From Planctomycetota bacterium (GTDB taxonomy: Bacteria > Planctomycetota > Phycisphaerae > FEN-1346), in assembly GCA_026387055.1 (NCBI GenBank), contig JAPLML010000066.1, forward strand, positions 1 through 33,731: a stretch of 33,731 nucleotides of DNA, in the 5' to 3' direction. Under the pieces are notes generated by a model. The model saw nothing but the letters and a program-made list of their open reading frames with translations. It searched no databases and was not told the DNA's origin. A program made the position numbers and the translations under genes. Of the stretch, positions 14,760 through 24,021 are shown one piece after another. How positions within the stretch are numbered: the stretch's first letter is position 1; each line of letters opens with the position of its first letter.

Positions 14760-16039
14760 TCAGATCACCCATCGCAGGATGTGCAGCAGGATGGCGACGG
14801 TCAGGAGGACGATCAGAATGATGGTTAACTGGTTGACGGCAAAGGGGTTGAGCGGAGGGGGCGTAGGCGACTCCTCTTCCTGCTCGCGGACGCCCTTGCC
14901 CTCGGCCAGACTCTCCATCCACTTGTCCTCTCGGTCAACACGTTCGCGGGCGATGCGCGGCGGCTGGCCGCCGGCGACGGTCCGCAGGTCCACCAGCAGG
15001 TCCTCGGTAGACTTGTAGCGGTCGGCGGGACGCTTGGCCATCATCACCTCGACGACCTCGCTGACGCCGGCCGAGAGCGCCTTGTTGACGTGGTCCGGGG
15101 GAATGAGCGGGCTCGTCACGTGCTTCTGCATCACCTGCTGAGGCGTTGGGGCCGTGAAGGGCGGCCGGCCGGTCAGCATCTCGTAGAACGTGGCGCCGAG
15201 GGAGTAGATATCGGCGCGGAAATCGATCTTCGCGCTCCCGACCACCTGTTCCGGGGCGATGTAGTACGGCGTGCCGAAGGCCTTGCCGAGCTCCTCAACG
15301 TCCACGTCGGCCACCTGGCGCGCCAAGCCCATGTCGGCCAGCTTCGCGAGGCCCTCCTTGGTAAGCATGATGTTCTTGGGCTTGACGTCGCGATGGATGA
15401 AGCCGCGAGAGTGCGCGTGGGCGAGGGCCTCGGCCATGTGGATGATGATCTCGAGGGCCCGCTCCTCAGGCAGCGGCCCGCCGCGCTCCTTCAGAAGGTC
15501 GTAGACGGTCGTTCCATCGACGAACTCCTGGATGAAGTAGGGGTAGCCCTCGGGGGTCTCGCCCGCGTCGATGGCCTGGACGATGTTGTTGTGGGAGAGC
15601 TTGGCCGCCGCCCGGGCCTCCTGGACAAACCGCTGCCGCGCCTGCGGGTCGCGGGCCGTCTTCGTCAGCATCACCTTGACGGCCACGATGCGGTCGACCG
15701 AGACCTGGCGGCCCCTGAAAACGATCGCCTGGCTGCCGCGGCCGACCTTCTCGAGAATCTGGATGCCGGGGATCGTGAGTTTCGGTGCGGCGGCCTCTTC
15801 CCCAGCGGAGGGGGGGCCGGGGCGGAAGGCTCTTTCGCCAGGAGCGCCAGGATCCGCCGGGCCTGGCTCTCCGTCAGGCCGCCGGCCTTGACGAGGGCCT
15901 CGGTCAGCGACATGCCCCGGCCTTCCTTCTCGGCCTGATTGAGGAGGCGGCGGGCTTCCTTGAGCTCGTCTTCGGTCGTCAGCCCCCGGCCGACCACGTA
16001 CTGTTCGAGCCGCTGTTCGTGTTCGGGTGATGCAGCCAT
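14760..16039 (-). CDS. Ser/Thr protein kinase with GspE-N/MshEN-like N-terminal domain and C-terminal TM anchor; reading frame interrupted at a C7 tract
   Basis: The N-terminal domain is in the ORF 15671..16039 frame (MAASPEHEQRLEQYVVGRGLTTEDELKEARRLLNQAEKEGRGMSLTEALVKAGGL...). The kinase is in the ORF 14760..16388 frame (ILEKVGRGSQAIVFRG...VAVKV...HRDVKPKN...DMGLA...APE). The frames meet at GCC CCC CCT (G-run 15810-15816 on the plus strand). Confidence 0.75.
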
Positions 16040-16082
16040 CGGTGCGCCGTGATTGGATTTCTCGAAAAGTTTCGTTTAGGCA

Positions 16083-16111
16083 ACTATCGCCGCCGCGGTA
16101 AAAAGAGTCAA
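16083..16111 (-). promoter_or_regulatory. Candidate promoter (TTGACT-N17-GATAGT) for the downstream kinase gene
   Basis: The minus strand reads TTGACTctttttaccgcggcggcGATAGT in the AT-richer spacer between the two kinase genes, about 45 nt upstream of ATG 16039. Confidence 0.35.
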
Positions 16112-16171
16112 CCAAAAACCGCGAATGTCGGCGATGCCTCGCCCACGCGGGCCGGCACGGCCACCCGTCGA

Positions 16172-18241
16172 TCAGTCCTTGACGCGCTTGAGGGTGACGG
16201 CCTTGAGGTTCATCAGGGCTTCCCGGGGCTTCCCCTTGGGCTTGACGGACACGGCGAGCTTGCCCGCCCGGGCGATTCTCACCTGGCCGATGGTCTCCGT
16301 CTTGAAGCTGCCCCATCCGCCGGTACTGCGGACCTTGCCGGCAAGTGCCTGATCGCCCACCGCCACGGTGTACTCGTTCCCGTCGCACTGATTGATGGCG
16401 GCGTAGGCAACCTCGACCGTGAACGTGCCCGGCTTCTCAACCGCCATCTCCCAACTGACCCAGTCGTCTTCATTGTACCAGAGGCCGATGTTATCTCTGT
16501 CGGCGGCTTGCTCATACCGGATCTTGCCATTGCTCCCGGGATGGACGGTGGCATGAGAGGCATTGAGGGTGATCGTGTCGCCGGCCTGAATCACCGTCTG
16601 GGCGGGTTGCTCGAGCTTGGGAGGCTCGGCGTCGTGCGGCTTGGGCTTCTCCGGCGGAGGGGGAGCATTCTTCAGGCGCTCCAGCGCCGCCCGGGCGTCC
16701 TTGGCCGCCTTGGTCGTCGGGAACCACTTGATGACGTTCTCGTAGGCTTCCACTTTCTGGCTGGGCAGGACATCGGCGGCCTCGGTGTCCTTCGCGTCCT
16801 TGAGCATGCCGGCGGCGTTCGCCTCATCCTCGCGGACGTAGTCGGGCACGTCCGCGCCCTGTTGTGTGGACGGGGCAGGAATCGGCGGCTTGGGCGCCGG
16901 CTGGGGGACGCCAGGCGGAGGCACCGCGGACACAGGAGGCGGCGGCGCCACGGATGGAGGCGGCGTCGGAGTGGCCGGTTGGCTCCCCCCCTTACTCATG
17001 TAGAGAACCAGCCCGACCGCCCCGGCGACAATCCCGACCACGGCACCGGCGCCCACGAGGAGAAAGAACTTCTTCCGGGACTTCGCGCCCTTCTCGCCGC
17101 CCGGTGTGCCTGCACGGGAGGGAACTCCCAGCGGCCCGGCCCGGCGCGAGCGGCGGCGCTCCGCTTTGGTGATCGGCCCGATCTCGCGGGCCACTTCCAG
17201 AACCGAGACGGTGGTCTCGACGCCCGAGAAATCCAGGGCGTCCAGGGCGGCGATGAACTCGGCCGCGCTCTGGTACCGGTCCTCCGGCTCCTTCGCCATG
17301 GCCTTGGCCAGCAGCGAGCAGAGCGAGGCCGGCAGGTCCGGCACGAACTGCCCCGCGTCCGGCAGCGGCTCGATCACGTGCTTGCGCATGATCTCCTGGG
17401 GCGTCGGGGCGGTGAAAGGCGGCCGGCCGGTCACCATCTCGTAGAGGGTGGCGCCCAGGGAGTAGATGTCGGTCCGGAAATCGGGAGGCGGGTCGCCCGT
17501 CACCTGCTCCGGCGAGATGTAGTACGGCGTGCCGGAGGCCTTCCACTCCTTGCCGTCCTCGGCGGCGGCGACGTGGCGCACCAGGCCCATGTCGGCAATC
17601 TTGACGACGCCCTCGCCCGTCAAGAGGAGGTTCCTGGGCTTGATGTCGCGGTGGATGAAGCCGCGCGAGTGGGCGTAGCGCAGGCCCTCGGCCGCCTGGC
17701 GGATGATGGCCGCCGCCTCGGCCGGGTCGAAGCGTTTGCGGACCGTCAGCATCTCCGCCAGCGACCCGCCGTCCACGTACTCCATGACGATGTACAAAGT
17801 GTTCTTCAGGAAGCCGATCTGGTGGATGGTGACGATGTTGGGGTGGGCCAGTTGAGCGGCGCTCCGGGCCTCATGGATGAACCGCTGCTGGCTCTCGGCA
17901 TCGCCGGGAGCGCTGGCGTGGAGGATCTTGACGGCCACCGTCCGGTCTGTGGCCTCTTCGTGACACTTGTAGACGACGGCCTGGCTGCCGCGGCCGATCT
18001 TCTCCAGGAGTTTCAGGCCGGAGGTCTGGACGTCTTTGGCCTCCGCATCGTCGCCGAGCGCCCCGACGACGTGATGGGCCTTGGCCGCGAGCACGCCGGC
18101 GCGGATGAGGGCGTCGGTGAGCGGGAGCTCGCGTCCCTCCTTCTCGGCCGCCGCGAGCAGGCGGCGGGCCCCCTCGATTTCGTCCGTGGTCAGAAGGCCC
18201 TTCTCGAGAAGGTGCTGCATCAACTCATCCGGTGACGGCAT
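16172..18241 (-). CDS. Ser/Thr protein kinase: GspE-N/MshEN-like N-domain, kinase, TM helix, Pro-rich linker, C-terminal carbohydrate-binding-module-like beta domain
   Basis: Kinase motifs are LLEKIGRGSQAVVYKC, VAVKIL, HRDIKPRN, DMGL and SPE. The TM helix is FFLLVGAGAVVGIVAGAVGLVLYM. The C-terminus ...VRSTGGWGSFKTETIGQVRI... resembles CBM6/35-type modules (recollection, not searched). Confidence 0.85.
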   Translation of the reverse strand: MPSPDELMQHLLEKGLLTTDEIEGARRLLAAAEKEGRELPLTDALIRAGVLAAKAHHVVGALGDDAEAKDVQTSGLKLLEKIGRGSQAVVYKCHEEATDRTVAVKILHASAPGDAESQQRFIHEARSAAQLAHPNIVTIHQIGFLKNTLYIVMEYVDGGSLAEMLTVRKRFDPAEAAAIIRQAAEGLRYAHSRGFIHRDIKPRNLLLTGEGVVKIADMGLVRHVAAAEDGKEWKASGTPYYISPEQVTGDPPPDFRTDIYSLGATLYEMVTGRPPFTAPTPQEIMRKHVIEPLPDAGQFVPDLPASLCSLLAKAMAKEPEDRYQSAAEFIAALDALDFSGVETTVSVLEVAREIGPITKAERRRSRRAGPLGVPSRAGTPGGEKGAKSRKKFFLLVGAGAVVGIVAGAVGLVLYMSKGGSQPATPTPPPSVAPPPPVSAVPPPGVPQPAPKPPIPAPSTQQGADVPDYVREDEANAAGMLKDAKDTEAADVLPSQKVEAYENVIKWFPTTKAAKDARAALERLKNAPPPPEKPKPHDAEPPKLEQPAQTVIQAGDTITLNASHATVHPGSNGKIRYEQAADRDNIGLWYNEDDWVSWEMAVEKPGTFTVEVAYAAINQCDGNEYTVAVGDQALAGKVRSTGGWGSFKTETIGQVRIARAGKLAVSVKPKGKPREALMNLKAVTLKRVKD

Positions 18242-18459
18242 CGAGATCCTCGGCTCGTATCGCGTACTTATGCGACCAAGGTTGCTGTTTCAGTTTATCC
18301 ACGGCCCTTGGGGGGATGTCAACCAGCAAATCGCGGCGGGCGCACCCCAACCAATCGAAACTTGACTTGCGCGGGGCTGGGGGTTACGGTGGCGTGGCCG
18401 GCGGCGTGAGAGACCCGCCGAGCGATCCACTCAAGGACTCCGCGAGAAAGGGCGACAAC

Positions 18460-19410
18460 ATGCAAAGGCGCGATTTCATTTCCATGACGGTGGGAGGCTT
18501 GGCGGCCTCGGCGTTTCCGACTACGGCCGTGTGCGCCGCCGAAACACGCAAAGACACGGCCAACCAGGCCACGCGAGAGAAACCTATGGGCAAGATCGGC
18601 ATCGGCATCAACCTGGAGTTCGTGCGGCACGAGGACAAGTCCTTCGAGTGGGGCATCGAGAGGGCCGCCCAGTTGGGCTACGAATACGTCGAACCCATGG
18701 TCCACTGGGGCCGCGAACTCCTGTCGGAGGCCGGCTACTTTCACAGCGTCTCGATGCTCGACGACCCGTACCGCATCAAGCGGGCCTGCGAGAAGGCGGG
18801 CGTGAAGCTGTCGAGCCTGTCGTCGCACACGACCTTGTGCAAGCCCGAGATCGGCACGGAGTACCTGAAGCAGGGGATCCGCTTCGCCGCCGAATGCGGC
18901 GCCCCCGTGGTCAACACCGATGAAGGCCCCAAGCCGACGTGGACCACCGAGGAGGAGGATTTCCTTCTGATGAAGTACACGCTGACCGAGGCCGCCGCCG
19001 TCGCCGCGCCGCGCGGCATCCTGATCGGCATCGAACCGCACCAGCAGTACTCCAAGACGCCCAAGGGCCTGGACCGCATCACCGGCCTCGTCAAGAGCAA
19101 GGCCATCGGCATCAACTTCGACACCGGCAACAGTTACCTGGCGGGTGAGGATCCCATCAAGTGGCTTTCGCACGTAGCCGACCGCCTCGTGCACCTGCAT
19201 GCGAAGGACATCTCGGTCAAGCAGTCCGAGAGCGAGCGCGGCAAGGTGACGGGAACGCCGGTCGGCTGTGCCTGCGGCGAAGGGGTCATCGACTGGAAGA
19301 AGGTTATCGAAGTCTGCCGCCAGTGCCCGCGACCGATCGTCTTGTCGGTCGAGTGCGGCACCGTGGACCAGGCGGAGCGGAGCCTCAAACACCTGAAACC
19401 GCTCGTGTGA
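18460..19410 (+). CDS. Xylose-isomerase-like TIM-barrel protein (sugar phosphate isomerase/epimerase family) with Tat signal
   Basis: MQRRDFISMTVGGLAASAF is a twin-arginine signal. Family-typical segments are IGINLEF..., EPH, NFDTGN and HLHAKD. ATG at 18460 is preferred over the track start at 18232. Confidence 0.8.
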   Translation: MQRRDFISMTVGGLAASAFPTTAVCAAETRKDTANQATREKPMGKIGIGINLEFVRHEDKSFEWGIERAAQLGYEYVEPMVHWGRELLSEAGYFHSVSMLDDPYRIKRACEKAGVKLSSLSSHTTLCKPEIGTEYLKQGIRFAAECGAPVVNTDEGPKPTWTTEEEDFLLMKYTLTEAAAVAAPRGILIGIEPHQQYSKTPKGLDRITGLVKSKAIGINFDTGNSYLAGEDPIKWLSHVADRLVHLHAKDISVKQSESERGKVTGTPVGCACGEGVIDWKKVIEVCRQCPRPIVLSVECGTVDQAERSLKHLKPLV

Positions 19411-19415
19411 CGTGT

Positions 19416-19589
19416 GGGGGCACGGCCTGCCGTGGTATGTGTTTAGCGAGTGTGCCATTGTCCCGATAGCAGGTGTGGCACGGCCGGCTTGTCCGGCCGT
19501 GGCAGAGCGCCGGCCACATTCCCCACGGCCGGACAAGCCGGCCGTGCCACACCTGCCGGGGTACGCTAAACACGTACATGCCGTGCCCC
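19416..19589. repeat. Nested GC-rich palindrome (family 2): perfect 33-bp inverted repeat 19470-19502 / 19523-19555 inside an imperfect outer inverted repeat
   Basis: The inner arms CAGGTGTGGCACGGCCGGCTTGTCCGGCCGTGG and CCACGGCCGGACAAGCCGGCCGTGCCACACCTG are exact reverse complements with a 20-nt loop. The outer arms are GGGGCACGGC...GTGTTTAGCG and CGCTAAACAC...GCCGTGCCCC. Confidence 0.9.
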
Positions 19590-19719
19590 TATAGCGCGAC
19601 GAACTCGCGCCAACCAGCAAATTGACGCCGACCCCGCGCGTCCGCTATAATACCGGTCTTGTTGCCCGACGGGCAGGAGGAGTTTCTGCGCCTGGCGCGG
19701 CGCGTGAAGGAGGTAACGG

Positions 19720-22700
19720 GTGTATCTCGGCATCGACATCGGCTCGGTCAGCCTGAACCTCGTCCTTCTGGACGAGTCCTTCCAGGTGGTCAAGGAACGA
19801 TACATCCGGACGCGGGGCAAGCCCCTGGAGACGGCCTTCGAGGCGCTCGAGCAGCTCTTCAGCGAAGTCCTCCCCACCGACATCGAAGGCGTCGCCCTCA
19901 CGGGCGCCGGCACCGGCGTCCTGGCGGACCTCTACGGCATCAAGCCGGTCAACGAGGTCGTGGCCCAGGCCAAGGCCACCATGACGCTGCACCCCGACGT
20001 GCGGACGATCATCGAGATCGGCGGCGAGGACTCCAAGCTCATCCTCCTGGAGAAGAACCCCAAGACGGGCCAGCTCCGCATCCGCGACTTCGCGATGAAC
20101 ACGCTGTGCGCGGCGGGCACGGGCTCGTTCCTGGACCAGCAGGCGTCGCGCCTGGGCGTGAGCATCGAGAACGAGTGGGGTGAGATGGCCCTCCGGAGCG
20201 TCCACGTGCCCCGCATCGCCGGCCGGTGCTCCGTCTTTGCCAAGAGCGACATGATCCACCTCCAGCAGGAGGGGACGCCCGACTACGACATCGTGGCCGG
20301 CCTGTGCTTCGCGATGGCCCGCAACTTCAAGGCCGTCATCGGCAGGAGCAAGGAACTCCTGCCGCGCATCGCCTTCCAGGGCGGCATGGCGGCCAACGCC
20401 GGGATGGTCCGGGCGTTCACGGAGACGCTGGAGCTGAAGCCCGGCGATCTGCTCATTCCCAAGCATTTCGCGTCGATGGGGGCGATCGGGGCGATCCTGG
20501 TGGCCAAGGAACTCGGCGGATTCGGCCGCATCGATTCCCTGCAGCCGATGCGCGAGTACCTCGACACGCGGCGCTATGGCGGCGGCGAGCTTCACCCGCC
20601 CCTGCGGGACGATAACTATCCGCTCGTCATCGAGCCCGACGCCTTCCCGCCGGGCACGGACATCGTGGACGTCTTCGTCGGCGTCGACGTCGGCAGCATC
20701 TCGACGAACGTCGTGGCCATCGACAAGGACGGGCGGGTCCTGGCCCGCGAGTACCTGATGACCGCCGGCCGGCCGCTGGCGGCGGTCACCGACGGCCTGT
20801 ACAAGGTCGGCCAGGCCCTGGAGGAGCGCGGCGGCAAGGGCCGCGTGCGCATCCGCGGCAGCGGAACGACCGGCTCCGGCCGGTACCTGACGGGCGACTT
20901 CATCGGCGCCGACGTCGTGAAGAACGAGATCACCGCCCACGCCACCGGCGCCGCGTTCATCCGGTCCGACGTCGACACGATCTTCGAGATCGGCGGCCAG
21001 GACTCCAAGTACATCAGCCTCGAGAACGGCGCGGTCGTCGATTTTACGATGAACAAGGTGTGCGCGGCGGGCACCGGCTCGTTCATCGAGGAGCAGTCGG
21101 AGCGGCTGGGCGTGGGCCTGAAGACCGGCGAGTTCAACCGCCTGGCCCTCTCGGCCGACGAGCCCCCCGCCATGGGCGAGCGGTGCACCGTCTTCATCGA
21201 GACCGACATCAACCGCAACCAGCAGCGCGGCGTGGAGGTCGACGACCTCTGCGGCGGCCTCTGTTACTCGATCGTCCAGAACTACCTCAACCGCGTCGTC
21301 GAGGACCACAAGGTCGGCAACGTCATCTTCTTCCAGGGCGGCACGGCCTATAACCGCGGCGTCAAGATGGCGTTCGAGAAAGTGACGGGCAAGCCCATCA
21401 TCGTCCCGCCGCACCACGACGTGCTGGGCGCGATCGGCATGGCCCTGATTTCGCGCGACTGGTACCTGACCCATTCGAAGGGCAACGGGGAGCATCCGCC
21501 CGAGACGACGTGCAGGGGCTTCGACCTGAGGAACGTCGCCTACTCGTTCGACACCTTCGAGTGCGAGGACTGCGCGAACCGCTGCGAAATCCACGTCGTC
21601 GAGATCAAGGGCGAACGGACGCTCCACTACGGCAGCCGCTGCGGCAAGTACGACGAAGCCCAGCGAGAGAGCCTCGGCAAGCACCTGCCGCGCCTGTTCG
21701 TCGAACGCCAGAAACTGATGGATGCGGCCTACGCCAGGAAGGCCGAGAAGCCGAACGGCAAGCGCGTGGGCCTCCCGCAGATGACGAACTTCTGGGAGCT
21801 CATGCCCCTGTTCCGCGCCCTCTTTACGGAACTCGGGTTCGAGGTCGTCCTCTCGTCGCGGACCAACCGCAACCTGATCGCCGAGGGCATCGACCAGACG
21901 GCCGCCGAGCCGTGTTTCCCCATCAAGGTGGCCCACGGCCACGTGCGGGACCTCGTGAAGAAGGGCGTGGACTACATCTTCATGCCCGCCGTCATCGACA
22001 TGCCGCGCGCCTCCGGCGACATCGTCAACTCCTACGTCTGCCCCTACGTCCAGGCGTTGCCCTACATGGTCCCGGCGGCGATGGACGACGTGGACTGGGG
22101 CAAGCGCCTCATCCGGCCGGTTCTCCACTTCTCGCGCGGGCAGGAGAGGGTGCAGAAAGACCTGGAGAAGATGGCGGCCGGCCTGGGCATCGGCCGCGGG
22201 CGGGCCCGCCGCGCGATCGCCGAGGCCTTCGCCGCCCAGGACCGCTTCCAGCAGAGCCTCAAGGACCGCGGCCGCGAGGTCTTGGAGTCCCTCGGCCCGA
22301 ACGACACCGCCCTGGTCATCGTCAGCCGGCCGTACAACGGCTGCGACCCGGGCCTGAACATGAACATCCCCGAGAAGCTGCGGGACCTCGGGTGCCTGGC
22401 CATCCCGCTCGACATGCTGCCGCTGGACGACGAGGACATCTCGGCCGACCACCCGCACATGTACTGGAAGTACGGCCAGAAGATCCTGGCGGGCGCCCGG
22501 ATCATCGCCCGCGACCGGCGGCTGTACCCCGTCTACATCACCAACTTCGGGTGCGGGCCCGACTCCTTCATCATGAAGTTCGTCGCGCGGGAGCTCCAGG
22601 GCAAGCCGTGCCTCATCCTGGAGGTCGACGAGCACTCGGCCGACGTGGGCGCCATCACGCGGTGCGAGGCGTTCCTCGACAGCCTCAAGGCCGTCCGCCA

Positions 22701-24021
22701 GCGGGACCTGCGCCTCGAGCGGCGCATCCGCGCGGGCAAGTGGGACTACACGGCCAAGAACCTCGGCCGCCGGACCATCTACATCCCTTACATGGACGAC
22801 CATGGGTACGCGATGGCCGCGGCCATGCGGGCCAACGGCGTCGATGCCCGCCAGCTTCCCGTGAGCGACGATGACTCCGTGGCCTGGGGCCGCAAGTTCA
22901 CCTCCGGCAAGGAGTGCTACCCCTGCATCATCACCACGGGCGACTTCCTGCGGCAGATCCACTCGCCGGGGTTCGACCCGGACCGCTCGGCCTTCTTCAT
23001 GCCGACCGCGTTCGGCCCGTGCCGGTTCGGCCAGTACAACAAGTTCCAGCGGATGATGCTCGACGACCTCGGCCTGGAGGACGTGCCCCTGGTGCTGCTG
23101 GACCAGGACAAGGACTTCCAGGGCGACGTGAAGAACCTGGGGGCCGACTTCCGCAAGCTGGCCTGGTCGGGCATCGTCTTCGTCGACACGCTCCAGAAGA
23201 TGCTCCGCGAGACGCGGCCGTACGAGGTCAACAAGGGCGAGTGCGACCAGATTTACGAGAAGCACCTGCGGCGGTGCGAAGAGGTGATCGAGTCGCGCGG
23301 CGACCTGCGGGCCCTGGCCCGCGAGGCCCGCCGCGAGCTGGAGGCCGTCAAGACCGACCGCTCGCGGGTGCGGCCCAAGATCGGCATCGTCGGCGAGGTC
23401 TTCGTCCGCTGCAACCCGTTCACCAACCACTTCATCGCCCGCAAGATCGAGGAGATGGGCGGCGAGGCCGTCCTCCCGCCCTTCGAGGAGTGGGTCAACT
23501 ACATCGCCTGGAGCCGCATCACCGACGCCAAGATCGAGCGCAACTGGAAGCGGCTCCTCGTGGAGAAGATCACCGACTTCATCCAGCGTCGCGAGAAGTA
23601 CCGCATCCTGAACGAGTTCCGCGGGGCCGTCCGCCTCTTCTTCGACGAGCAGCCCTCCGACCACGTCATCGCGCTCGGCCAGCGGTACCTCGACCCGGCC
23701 ATCCGCGGCGAGCCGATCCTCTCGATGGGCCGGTGCATGGAGTACGTCGAGGCGGGGTGCGACGGCGTGGTCAACCTCCACCCGTTCAACTGCATGCCGG
23801 GCACCATCGTCAACGCCCTGCTCACGCGGTTCCAGAAGGATTGGGACATGCCAGTCCTGAAGGTGGCCTACGACGGCCTCCAGCAGTCAACCGAGACCGT
23901 CCGCGTCGAGGCGTACATGCACCAGTGCCGCGAGCGCCTCGAAGCGCGCCTGAAGAAGTCCGGCGATGGGGCCTCCCTTGGTGCCGGCGGCCCCTTGGCC
24001 GCAACAAAGTCGGGGCACTGA
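19720..24021 (+). CDS. Large BadF/BadG/BcrA/BcrD-type ATPase fusion (two activase modules + 2-hydroxyacyl-CoA dehydratase-like/DUF2229-like C-terminal region)
   Basis: 1433 aa, GTG start with GAAGGAGG 6 nt upstream. Two actin-fold ATPase repeats are present (YLGIDIGSVSLNLV...CAAGTGSFLDQQ and FVGVDVGSISTNVV...CAAGTGSFIEEQ). The Cys-containing C-terminal half is typical of CoA-substrate-specific enzyme activase fusion proteins. Confidence 0.85.
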   Translation: MYLGIDIGSVSLNLVLLDESFQVVKERYIRTRGKPLETAFEALEQLFSEVLPTDIEGVALTGAGTGVLADLYGIKPVNEVVAQAKATMTLHPDVRTIIEIGGEDSKLILLEKNPKTGQLRIRDFAMNTLCAAGTGSFLDQQASRLGVSIENEWGEMALRSVHVPRIAGRCSVFAKSDMIHLQQEGTPDYDIVAGLCFAMARNFKAVIGRSKELLPRIAFQGGMAANAGMVRAFTETLELKPGDLLIPKHFASMGAIGAILVAKELGGFGRIDSLQPMREYLDTRRYGGGELHPPLRDDNYPLVIEPDAFPPGTDIVDVFVGVDVGSISTNVVAIDKDGRVLAREYLMTAGRPLAAVTDGLYKVGQALEERGGKGRVRIRGSGTTGSGRYLTGDFIGADVVKNEITAHATGAAFIRSDVDTIFEIGGQDSKYISLENGAVVDFTMNKVCAAGTGSFIEEQSERLGVGLKTGEFNRLALSADEPPAMGERCTVFIETDINRNQQRGVEVDDLCGGLCYSIVQNYLNRVVEDHKVGNVIFFQGGTAYNRGVKMAFEKVTGKPIIVPPHHDVLGAIGMALISRDWYLTHSKGNGEHPPETTCRGFDLRNVAYSFDTFECEDCANRCEIHVVEIKGERTLHYGSRCGKYDEAQRESLGKHLPRLFVERQKLMDAAYARKAEKPNGKRVGLPQMTNFWELMPLFRALFTELGFEVVLSSRTNRNLIAEGIDQTAAEPCFPIKVAHGHVRDLVKKGVDYIFMPAVIDMPRASGDIVNSYVCPYVQALPYMVPAAMDDVDWGKRLIRPVLHFSRGQERVQKDLEKMAAGLGIGRGRARRAIAEAFAAQDRFQQSLKDRGREVLESLGPNDTALVIVSRPYNGCDPGLNMNIPEKLRDLGCLAIPLDMLPLDDEDISADHPHMYWKYGQKILAGARIIARDRRLYPVYITNFGCGPDSFIMKFVARELQGKPCLILEVDEHSADVGAITRCEAFLDSLKAVRQRDLRLERRIRAGKWDYTAKNLGRRTIYIPYMDDHGYAMAAAMRANGVDARQLPVSDDDSVAWGRKFTSGKECYPCIITTGDFLRQIHSPGFDPDRSAFFMPTAFGPCRFGQYNKFQRMMLDDLGLEDVPLVLLDQDKDFQGDVKNLGADFRKLAWSGIVFVDTLQKMLRETRPYEVNKGECDQIYEKHLRRCEEVIESRGDLRALAREARRELEAVKTDRSRVRPKIGIVGEVFVRCNPFTNHFIARKIEEMGGEAVLPPFEEWVNYIAWSRITDAKIERNWKRLLVEKITDFIQRREKYRILNEFRGAVRLFFDEQPSDHVIALGQRYLDPAIRGEPILSMGRCMEYVEAGCDGVVNLHPFNCMPGTIVNALLTRFQKDWDMPVLKVAYDGLQQSTETVRVEAYMHQCRERLEARLKKSGDGASLGAGGPLAATKSGH

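Noticed and set aside
16049-18235. 728-aa ORF on the plus strand
   Set aside because: It is antisense to the Ser/Thr kinase 16172..18241, which has all the canonical kinase motifs.
19645-23781. 1378-aa ORF on the minus strand
   Set aside because: It is antisense to the well-supported activase-fusion gene (19720..24021). Its translation is Arg/Ala/Gly/Asp/Val-rich low-complexity sequence with no recognisable motif, a typical shadow ORF in GC-rich DNA.
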